Part shown: positions 54,841-64,000 of the stretch, piece after piece
How the letters are laid out: each line of letters begins with the position of its first letter
How positions within the stretch are numbered: the stretch's first letter is position 1
DNA from: Tubiluchus corallicola
Lineage: Eukaryota; Animalia; Priapulida
Length of the DNA: 64,000 nt
Reading direction: 5' to 3'
Assembly (NCBI GenBank): GCA_030141605.1
Contig: JAQGDQ010000175.1
Span: 310,001 to 374,000, forward strand
Program-made: the position numbers and the translations under genes
The notes under the pieces: generated by a model
Seen by the model: only the letters and a program-made list of their open reading frames with translations
Database searches by the model: none
Told to the model about the DNA's origin: nothing

Positions 54841-55264
54841 TTAAAGGAAAACTGGACGATTGATTAGACTCAATCTCATTTACTGTCCAAAATAAACATT
54901 TTCTTGCCTATAAAAGTTGACGATTGTTCCTTATGTTTGAATAATTAGCTTAGAAAATAATTAACGACAACCGAACACAGCTATTGCTTACATCAGACTC
55001 TAATCACAGCTTACGCAATGACAGGCATCTTTCCTTGCAGGTCAAGCACATTTACTTAAGCGAAGATTGCTAATAAGATGTTGACGTGATGTCACAAAAA
55101 TGAGCTCTACGTCACACTGACGTCACAGACGAACACTGCAGTTCATGATCATGCGTATCACGGTACCATAGATACACGTAGCCAGAATATTTCTTGGTTT
55201 GTTTACTTCAAGGATCTTCAGATAACTCAAATGATTAAGCAGTAAAATAATATTTTTTATTAAT
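54841..55264 (+). mobile_element. Dispersed repeat starting TTAA|AGG (Kolobok-like?), second copy at 62845-63170
   Basis: About 320 bp of clear similarity between 54841-55165 and 62845-63170; 54735-54840 resembles 55170-55264, suggesting a head-to-tail arrangement. Confidence 0.5.
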
Positions 55265-55463
55265 CAGTCAATTGTTCAAACAAATTAATCACACGAAAGT
55301 GCCTTAATATCATAATTAACGTGCTTTGTAAATAATATAGAATATAAAAAATCAAATTTTACGAGTAACATAGTTTAAAAATAATATAGAAATTTAATTG
55401 CAAATCACAGAAATTTCTCTCGCACATTAAAACTAGTAAGTTAAAATTTCATGGATTTGGATT

Positions 55464-55650
55464 CAGCACTTGGTAAACATGGATCATTCCCTCTCAGCAC
55501 TTGGTAAACATAGATCATTCCCTCTCAGCACTTGGTAAACATGAATCATTCCCTCTCAGCACTTGGTAAACATGGATCATTCCCTCTCAACACTTGGTAA
55601 ACATGGATCATTCCCTCTCAGCACTTGGTAAACATAGATCATTCCCTCTC
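55464..55650. repeat. 31-bp repeat x6 overlapping the METTL27 CDS end
   Basis: cagcacttggtaaacatggatcattccctct at 55464+31n. Confidence 0.96.
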
Positions 55651-58600
55651 TTCCTGCATAGTAATTAGGTAATATTTCCTTCTTCACAAGTTTCCATGCC
55701 TTCTCTTTTTCTAGTTTCCCCATTAACGGTTGTAGTCCTTTCAAATAAGGGGATTCTTCTAGCACCTCAATTCGATTAGTGATCATAATTATACCACCTA
55801 GAAGCAAGCAAACTAAGTTACGTTTTAAACTCAAAATTCTCAAGCAATTTGCTGATATTACATTTCATTACTATTAATGCAAAAACAGAAATTATGGCAT
55901 TACTTTTCTCAGTTGTTAGACAATTGTTTAGGAGCTGGCTCGTGGAAAAGATAGGTTTTGATGAACCCTTAGGAGCTGGCTCGTGGAAAAGATAGGTTTT
56001 GATGAACCCTTAGGAGCTGGCTCGTGGAAAAGATAGGTTTTGATGAACCCTTAGGAGCTGGTTCGTGGAAAAATAGGTTTTGATGAACCCTTAGGAGCTG
56101 GCTCGTGGAAAAGATAGGTTTTGATGAACCCTTATGAGCTGGCTCGTGGAAAAGATAGGTTTTGATGAACCCTTAGGAGGAGGCTCATGGAAAAGATAGG
56201 TTTTGATGAACCCTTAGGAGCTGGCTCGTGGAAAATATAGGTTTTGATGAACCCTTAGGAGCTGGCTCGTGGAAAATATAGGTTTTGATGAACCCTTAGG
56301 AGCTGGCTTGTGGAAAAGATAGGTTTTGATGAACCCTGACATGTTTGACTGTATAATGTTTTCCTATCTGCTTAATAAAACAGCAACGATAGTCATTACC
56401 TGGTTTTACCAGCCTCACTGTTTCCACCAGACATTCCGGCTCCAAATGACCTTGAGCAAAGGAAGCAGCAATTGTAATGGCGTCATACGTATCTAAACAA
56501 ACGTTCCTCTTTTTCATTACAAATGTGAGTAAAGGAAAGCTGTGTTAAATATCGGTTTTGATTAAATTATCGAAATAATAATTCAAGATTAAATGCTTGA
56601 CGATGCAAGATCAAACTATCCTCCTCCTATCCTTGGATAGAAGTCTAATTACGTTTGGCATCACGTGACCAGCTGGTGTTCGACCGGCTGACTCAGAAAT
56701 AAAGATTGATGATGTAATCCTTATGCGCAGAAGCTCACGGCGCATTAGGTAGTTAGACAAAAGTGTTTTGAGGCTCGCACCTCGGGGGAGATTAGGAACT
56801 GACTTGAAGACGGAGGGCTGGCATTACTATCCTCTTATATTTATCGTGTTGTGTTTGATATTTAATAAATGTGTTGCTTATTAAATAAAGTCTTGATAGT
56901 TTGCCATGCCCATCGTGGCTACCTCACACGCCACACAATAAACAACAATAATCAGCAAGCAGCATTAACACAAGAATAAATAGATTTTAACCAATTATTT
57001 AACTATGTGCTAGTTTGGCTGGCTGTGTTTGCATGTGTGTTTGTTCGGCACAATAAAGTAAAACAGGTAAGGCTATAATCACTTATCAGGCTTAGACTAG
57101 GCAGGAGCTGGAAAGTACAAACCTGTTGATTTTGAGTTCAAAATGTCTAAGGTGAAATTCACAAGTTCCAAAAGTGTCTATAAAATTAAAATGGAAGTTA
57201 TAATCATCAAACTTGGCATAAGGACGGTCAAGGGATATTCATAGAGGTGTGGACAGGACCCGAAAGCTCATTGCTTTTTGGTTCAAAAAGTTAAAAGTGA
57301 CATGGGCGTGGTTCAGCATTTTGTTAGCGTGTCCCTATCATGTAGTAAATATGCAGTCAGTAACGGAAAATGATATTGACAATATTGGAAGAAAGTATAG
57401 ATTAGATTGGAGGTTTTTCCTTTTGAGCGCGTGTCGTGGTATTCAGTGCACAACAATAAGCCTTTTCACATTTTCGTTGTGTGCATGTGCAGTTGCTGTA
57501 GGTCAAACATTCGACGTTTTTCCTTTTGAGCGCGTGTCGTGGTATTCAGTGCACAACAATAAGCCTTTTTGCAGTTTCATTGTGTGCATGTGCAGTTGCT
57601 GTAGGTCAAACAGGTCAAACATTCGACGTTTTTCCTTTTGAGCGCGTGTCGTGGTATTCAGTGCACAACAATAAGCCTTTTCACGGTTTCGTTGTGTGCA
57701 TGTGCAGTTGGTGTAGGTCAAACAGGTCAAACATTCGACGTTTTTCCTTTTGAGCGCGTGTCGTGGCATTCAGTGCACAACAATAAGCCTTTTTGCAGTT
57801 TCGTTGTGTGCATGTGCAGTTGCTGTAAGTCAAACAGGTCAAACATTCGACGTTTTTCCTTTTGAACGCGTGTCGTGGTTTTCAGTGCACAACAATAAGC
57901 CTTTTCGCAGTTTCGTTGTGTGCATGTGCAGTTGCTGTCGGGCAAACAGGTCAAACATTCGACGTTTTTCCTTTTGAGCGCGTGTCGCGGTATTCAGTGC
58001 ACAACAATAAGCCTTTTCACAGTTTCGTTGTGTGCATGTGCAGTTGGTGTAGGTCAAACAGGTCAAACATTAATTGCACCAGAGCAACGCGTCTTAGCTA
58101 CAACCATCACATGATATGTGTATAAAGCAAGGACTACTATACTACAGGACGTGCACGCTGAAATCTCTGATTCGGCTAACGGAGGCGATCAATACTTGCA
58201 TGAACGTAATCTATTAATAGTGCGCTTTAGAGAGTAGTGATCTTGGAAATTAAAGAATGGGCGGATCGGTAGATAGCGAGTATTATTTTTCATTTAATTG
58301 GTTCTTTACATTACGGGAGAAAAGTACTAATTGTTTATTTTATGTATCAAAGGAAATTAGTGTTCATTTTTACTTCTTAAATAGCGCACTACTTTAGGCG
58401 TAAGTGTGTTTTACCGGAAGTAGTGCTTTGTCATTGTTAATGTGTCTGCTTGTGTTTGTTTCTTTGTGGATTATTTTCAAAATTTCTTGTGGATTTTATA
58501 CATCTGTGCTCAGCAGCATGCCTAACAAGTGTGGTGTTGTTAAATGCAAAGGTAACTATGACACGGAGAACAGGTGTCGTGTGTTCAGACTGCCAAGAGA

Positions 58601-61600
58601 TCATGTAGAAAAACAGAAATGGCTAAGTGTTCTTCCCCCACGCGAAGGCTTTGTTGTTGATTCAACGAAATTTTTCATTTGCGAAAAGCATTGGCCATCG
58701 GATACTCAAATGGTCAAAATTCCAGGTGGTCACACCAGGCCAGTGGATCCACCCAGTATTTTCAACGTTCCAACATCATGCTTGCCCACTCCAAAGCCAC
58801 CACCTCGCCGTCAAAAAACTGAGGACCAGCAGCTGAATTATTTCTTTAAAAAGGATAAAATAACTTCTCTCAATGAATTCACTCCTGAGAAAGACCTGCA
58901 TAAGACGCATCAGAACCTCTTTATATCTCGCACACAAGACAAATTTGTGTGCATGTTCATGGAAGAGGACCACAGTCAATGTTATATGTCAATTATTGTT
59001 CACAATAAGCCTACCTTGTGTTCTACTCTTTCTCTGTATGCTTTCAAAAACGGGATCAGTGTGCCATTAAGTAAAATCCTCAGTCCGAACAATGGGCTGT
59101 CCTCTTACTCACAGTTTTTCGCGGTTGTGAATTCTGTTGTCAACCACATTCATCATGTTGATGATATTGTCAACAAAGTGACAAAGTCTCTTGAACTTGA
59201 ACTAGCTCAAAATCGAGAACAATCTCCTAGTGCTAATGCTAAAGCCAAGAAGCTCAAATTTCTAACACGACAGCTTCGACTATTATGTGATAAGACTTTC
59301 ACAGTGTCTGATTATTGCTTTGCAATAGAGTCATTTCCCCATTGCAATTACGAACAACTGCGTGACTTTTTAGTGTTACCCAGCAAAAGAAAGCTGCAGT
59401 CAGTTATTTCATCGACAGATATTGACAAGGTGCTAGGTAAAACATTTCAGAAAGTGAAAAGCTCTGAGCAGAAACACTGTATGCTATTGGTGCATGAAGT
59501 GAAAATACGCCCAACAGGGGGTGTGCTAAACGGCATGGCAAAAAATGAGCCAGACAGTAAAGCTACATCAATGCTATGTGTGATGGCTAAATGTCTACAT
59601 GGTGGCCCCAGCGTGATGATATCAGTGACCCCCGTTCACAAGCTGACTGCTGCATATCAATTCTCTGTCGTGAAGGAGGCTGCTACAGTGGTTGAGAATT
59701 CGGGAGGAACTGTTTTAGGGTCCATGACGGACAACCACAAGATCAACAAACAATACTGCAAATTGTTTACCAGACGAACAGACTGGGAGGCTGAACATCC
59801 CCTGGAAAATACACGAGTGTGGTTCCTGTTGTATGATACCGTCCACATTCTGAAATGTATCAGGAACAACTGGATCACGGAGAAATGTCAGAGATTATCG
59901 TTTGACAAGAAAACTGTTGGCTCATTTGCTGAAGTAAAAAGTCTTTACAAAGCTGAGAAAGACAATGTGCTCAAGTCAACACCTTTGACATATTCTGCAG
60001 TCTTCCCATCGAAACTTCAGCTCCAGAATGTGCAACATGTCCTGAGGGTGTTCAACGATCGTGTCGTTGCATCGCTGAGACTTCGAGGAGCCCAGGACAC
60101 TGCAGAATTCATTCTGCAAGTGCTACGCTGGTGGAATGTGGTAAATGTTTCTGCCAGAGGTCAAGACACGAGGATGAGAGACCCTGATCGATCTGTTCAA
60201 CAAGATACATCTGATACTCTTCAGTCGTTGTTGACTCTGTTTAAGCAAATCGAATCAGGACACGGACCAAATAGAATTGAATGCCTGACACATGATACGC
60301 GAAAAGCTTTGATTCAGACCACAGAGGGACTCCTCGCAATCTGTAGGCACTTGTTTTCTGTTGGATTTCACTACGTATTATTGCGTGAACTTCAGAGTGA
60401 CAGAATAGATTGTGAGTTCTCAGTTTACAGGCAGTCAAGGGGGGCCAATGCATTCATGCAAGCTGGAGATGTCTGTTCAGCATTCAAGCGGAGACTGGCG
60501 CATTTCTCTGCATCATTCCTGGAGTTTGTGGACACAGACACATCATCCGAAATCCAGTTGCACACATGCAATGGGATTGATTTCGAGGATGCCAAAATTA
60601 TGGAGATTTGTGTTGACGAGACTCTTTCCAAAACTGAACTGAACGCGTGTGCATATGTCGCAGGTTGGTTGGAGAGTAAGTGGCAAAATGACATTTCTTT
60701 TCCCGAGGATGAGCCTCTCCTTTCTGAGGAAATGAAAATGTTCATTGAAGAAGTGTCTAGGGGAGGTCTTACAGTGCCCCACACATTCACGTTCGAATTC
60801 GTAACAACTGGCTTGTGTTTTGTGAAGAAGTCAACTCACACAGTCTGCTGCCGCAACAAGCTCATGAACATCCTCTCCATAATCAATGCCTACTTTGATT
60901 TTGGAGAATTTTCAAGAAATGCTCTGAGACGCCTGGCGAATGTACTGCTGCATGGACTGCACAATTTGGAGAAGGATCACCAGCAGAACTCAGCCCTTTA
61001 CCAGACCTCCATTAAGAAGGCGCGACTAGCCGACTAATTGTCGCAAACATCTCTGCAAAATGGTGAGTGCAATAATTTCATGTATTCTAATTTACACAGA
61101 GGAACCTATGAATGAGTTTATATAGTCCTGACAGAATGGTGCAGTCTGTTTATTCTCTATAGAAAGTGACAGGTAATCTTCGGGACACAATGAGTTGCAG
61201 ATATGGTGTGTTTTTTTGGGGGGGGGGATATCATAGGTACCACTGTTTTTAAATTACTAGATGAATGAGGAATATGTTCTACGTGTATTGTGGCATGTTA
61301 TAGGTCACCATGGGGGGTAAATATGTCCAAATTATTAGCACTAAATGTTAAAAATAGATCGCCTCCGCTAGCCGAATAAGAGATTTCAGCGTGCACGTCC
61401 TGTAGTATAGTAGTCCTTGGTATAAAGCAAAGCCGTATGCCGCATCAGAACAGTAATTTCGGTTGTTTTACGTGGAATTTGCTTAATTATGCGTTAGTCT
61501 ATGCATAGAGTGATTTACTAGCAGGACCTTGCTTGGGAACAAGAAAAAATGAACTAGATAAGGATCTAGCTAGCTGTGAAAATTGTATTACAATAGCTTA

Positions 61601-62554
61601 TGCTGCGAAGCGTTGTAAAGTATAGCGTTGTCTGATACATCTAACCTTTCACCTTTTCACGATCACCATCAATCGCTGGAACATGGGAAAGACTTATTAG
61701 TACTAGATGAGTTTACATACTGCTCTGTGTGTATGTGTTACATTCTAATAAACTAAAATATTACTATGCATGAACTTTAGCATTCATTAGTTAGCTAGCT
61801 GTTTAACTTTTGACCTTTTCACGATCACCATCAATCGCTGGAACATGGAAAAGACTTCTTAGTACTAGATGAGTTTACATACTACTCTCTGTGTACGTGT
61901 TACATTCTAATAAACTAAAATATTAGTATGCATGAACTTTAGCATTCATTAGTTAGCTAGCTGTTTAACTTTTGACCTTTTCACGATCACCATCAATCGC
62001 TGGAACATGGAAAAGTCTTCTTAGTACTAGATGAGTTTACATACTGCTGTCTGTGTACGTGTTACATTCTAATAAACTAAAATATTACTATGCATGAACT
62101 TTAGTATTCATTAGTTAGCTAGCTGTTTAACTTTTGACCTTTTCACGATCATCATCAATCGTTGGAACTTATTGTTCTGAATGTTCTAATACTGTGAAGA
62201 GTGATTCTCATCAGAACTTAAACACTGACTTGAAATTGAATTATTGATTGTTCTGATTTGGTTTTGGTGTTCTTTGTTCTGTTCGTATGGAGGGTCCCGT
62301 CAATGAAAACACCAATGCGTCACGTGACTCCAAAACTGTTCCTCTGTTTTATGCCACTAATATGAAGGTTTTATTTCACGCTGCTATGAAAAGATTTTAC
62401 CATTAACAATCAACCTACCTGCGGGTATATCTTGCGGATTCTTGGTAAAGAGGGTACAGTAATAATTGCAGTAAATTTCTGAATTCTTCGCTTCTTGCAA
62501 CATTTCTTGGCATGCGTCCAATGCATCGATGTTCGTGAATCCCTTTGCACGTAA
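55577..62554 (-). CDS. METTL27: METTL27/WBSCR27-like SAM-dependent methyltransferase, 3' three coding exons (5' exons outside the window)
   Basis: Exons 62419-62554 (LRAKGFTNIDALDACQEMLQEAK..IY), 56400-56492 (DTYDAITIAASFAQGHL...VRLVKP) and 55577-55797 (GGIIMITNR...) have AG/GT ends with phases 0-1, 1-1 and 1-stop; post-I, motif II and KPGG motif III are present. Confidence 0.85.
55928..56337. repeat. 41-bp minisatellite x10
   Basis: ttaggagctggctcgtggaaaagataggttttgatgaaccc. Confidence 0.96.
56656..56933 (+). mobile_element. Dispersed LTR-like repeat, second diverged copy at 63274-63527
   Basis: Shared TGGCATCACGTGA, TGCGCAGAAGCTC, GGCATTACTATC, AATAAA and TAGTTT(T)GCCAT blocks; TG..CA ends. 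Confidence 0.5.
57413..58071. repeat. 112-bp tandem repeat x~6
   Basis: ttttccttttgagcgcgtgtcgtggtattcagtgcacaac...caaacattcgacg. Confidence 0.95.
58128..61419 (+). mobile_element. Full-length P-element superfamily DNA transposon (3292 bp) in a METTL27 intron
   Basis: 63-bp TIRs CAAGGACTACTATACTACAGG... with 2 mismatches, CA..TG ends, and a perfect 8-bp TSD GTATAAAG (58120-27 / 61420-27). Confidence 0.95.
58518..61037 (+). CDS. THAP-domain P-element (THAP9-like) transposase, 839 aa, single ORF
   Basis: MPNKCGVVKC...W...ICEKHW THAP C2CH; LVLPSKRKL; MTDNHKIN; YDTVHILKCIRNN; LQSDRIDCEFS; YVAGW; SRGGLTVP. Confidence 0.9.
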   Translation: MPNKCGVVKCKGNYDTENRCRVFRLPRDHVEKQKWLSVLPPREGFVVDSTKFFICEKHWPSDTQMVKIPGGHTRPVDPPSIFNVPTSCLPTPKPPPRRQKTEDQQLNYFFKKDKITSLNEFTPEKDLHKTHQNLFISRTQDKFVCMFMEEDHSQCYMSIIVHNKPTLCSTLSLYAFKNGISVPLSKILSPNNGLSSYSQFFAVVNSVVNHIHHVDDIVNKVTKSLELELAQNREQSPSANAKAKKLKFLTRQLRLLCDKTFTVSDYCFAIESFPHCNYEQLRDFLVLPSKRKLQSVISSTDIDKVLGKTFQKVKSSEQKHCMLLVHEVKIRPTGGVLNGMAKNEPDSKATSMLCVMAKCLHGGPSVMISVTPVHKLTAAYQFSVVKEAATVVENSGGTVLGSMTDNHKINKQYCKLFTRRTDWEAEHPLENTRVWFLLYDTVHILKCIRNNWITEKCQRLSFDKKTVGSFAEVKSLYKAEKDNVLKSTPLTYSAVFPSKLQLQNVQHVLRVFNDRVVASLRLRGAQDTAEFILQVLRWWNVVNVSARGQDTRMRDPDRSVQQDTSDTLQSLLTLFKQIESGHGPNRIECLTHDTRKALIQTTEGLLAICRHLFSVGFHYVLLRELQSDRIDCEFSVYRQSRGANAFMQAGDVCSAFKRRLAHFSASFLEFVDTDTSSEIQLHTCNGIDFEDAKIMEICVDETLSKTELNACAYVAGWLESKWQNDISFPEDEPLLSEEMKMFIEEVSRGGLTVPHTFTFEFVTTGLCFVKKSTHTVCCRNKLMNILSIINAYFDFGEFSRNALRRLANVLLHGLHNLEKDHQQNSALYQTSIKKARLAD
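61651..62168. repeat. 162-bp tandem repeat x~3.2
   Basis: accttttcacgatcaccatcaatcg at 61651, 61813, 61975 and 62137. Confidence 0.95.
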
Positions 62555-64000
62555 CTGCAAACATAGAATATTACGTTATAAGATGCAGAGCTCTGCACTT
62601 GAATTGTATTTGCCCGCATTTGACATGATTTTGCTTCAATGTTTTACTTCAAGTGGGACGGTTGGCTAGATTGAGCTTATCGCATTAAAAATTTATTATA
62701 GTCAAGGTAGGTAGGGTAAAATGGGCTGATTTATACTAACTAACGTCGCCCAATGAGCTTTGGGTTTTAGTAAAAATAAAGTAGTATGGTAGTATCGCAT
62801 ACATACCTGGCGTAGTTTTTTGTCCGACATTAGCCTGTTTTACCTTAAAGGAAGACCGGACGATTGTTAAGACTCAATCTCATTTTAATTTACGGTCCAA
62901 AATGTACATTTTCTTGCCTATAAATTTAACAATTGTTTCTTATATTTGGATAATTAGCTTAGAAAGTTAATTAACGGCAACCGAACACAGCTATTGCTTA
63001 CGTCAGACACTAGCCATTGTATGTGCAATGGCAGGCGTCGTCCCTTGCGCCTCAAGCACATTTGCATAAGTGTTACAGTACTGTTTAAACGCATGATGTC
63101 ACGAAAAATGGGCTCTACAGCATATGACGTCACGAAACTAACACTGCAGTTCATAATCTTGGTTATCATGGTATCGCCTTCTAGTAAAGAGAAGATGTTA
63201 GATTACGTTAAAAGTGTTAAATTATGCTAGACATTTATTCTGATGGAATGCTGGCATGAAGCCAGCTAAAGCGTGGCATCACGTGATCAGGTGATTCAGA
63301 ACCGAAGTTAGCGTAGGCGCCGATGCGCAGAAGCTCCGGCGCACGGTAGCTTAGATAAGCCTTGTGATGCATCCATCAGATCAGATTGAGTTAGAGGCTG
63401 GAGCAAGGCAGATCAGATCAGGGGGCTTGGCATTACTATCTATTATATTATTTATTGTGTTTGATGTTCAATAAAGGTGTAGTTTCTTAACCGGACTCTT
63501 AATAGTTTTGCCATCCCTAAAACACCAATATTCAGCTATACACAAACAACGCAAGCAATTATTTTACTCTTCTATTTGTCAGCCACGTGAACGTGACAGA
63601 AAGGCGCCACTGCCAATCTTAGTAGATTCACTGATCCGCGCGTAGCTTTGAAAGTTTAATGAAATTTGAGCATACGAGGTAATTATTATTTAATCTAAGC
63701 TTTGATTTAAAAGAAGCCATTGTAGTTTTTAATAATTTAGAGCAGTCTTTATTCTGAACTCGCGTGTTTATACAATCATCCGGTTTTCCTTTATATGGAA
63801 ACAAACTATGATGTAACACAGTTATAAGAAGTCATGTTTGGGAATAACAATCCAAAATTAAATAAATATTCAGCAGAAAGCAAGCTATGATTTTGATTGA
63901 ACACATTGTAGAGACTTTGGGCTAGTCTAGATGGGATTTAGAATGAGAAAAGGAAAAGCTACGTAAAGTGTTTGATAAAGACTAAATATTGACCTACTAC

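Noticed and set aside
58404-58517. N-terminal hydrophobic extension of the transposase in the ORF track
   Set aside because: It starts at GTG inside a probable 5'-UTR intron; THAP domains normally begin at the initiator Met (58518).
62410-62619. 69-aa ORF from the track
   Set aside because: Wrong frame; the real METTL27-like exon (62419-62554) is read in a different frame.
56656-63527. Paired LTRs of one retrotransposon
   Set aside because: The copies are strongly diverged, and the interval holds a host exon and a P element, with no gag-pol.

Overview
This is AT-rich animal (probably invertebrate) genomic DNA, not prokaryotic. (1) A complete 15-coding-exon GABA-B receptor-family (class C GPCR) gene lies on the minus strand at 43326->1709. 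It is phase-consistent, all GT-AG, 2475 nt / 824 aa, with a GABBR2-like 7TM region and a divergent ligand pocket. (2) The last three coding exons of a METTL27/WBSCR27-like methyltransferase lie on the minus strand at 62554->55577. (3) A degenerate orphan PIK3C3/Vps34 exon sits downstream of a CCAAT-rich promoter on the plus strand. (4) Mobile DNA includes a full-length P-element/THAP transposon (63-bp TIRs, 8-bp TSD), a near-intact PHD-APE-RT LINE, hAT MITEs, two solo LTRs, a tRNA-derived SINE and Penelope-type minimal hammerhead motifs. (5) About 20 mutually unrelated minisatellite arrays are present. The best candidate for an undescribed system is that two arrays amplify a real 3' splice site plus the start of its exon (15 and 5 extra copies). 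These are the two exons whose first bases look most like a splice donor (AG|GTAAAA, AG|GCGAGT), so each unit reads as a back-to-back 62/61-nt mini-intron that could be removed by recursive splicing. A third array rewrites the METTL27 C-terminus. All calls were made by eye with no database searches, and repeat edges are approximate.
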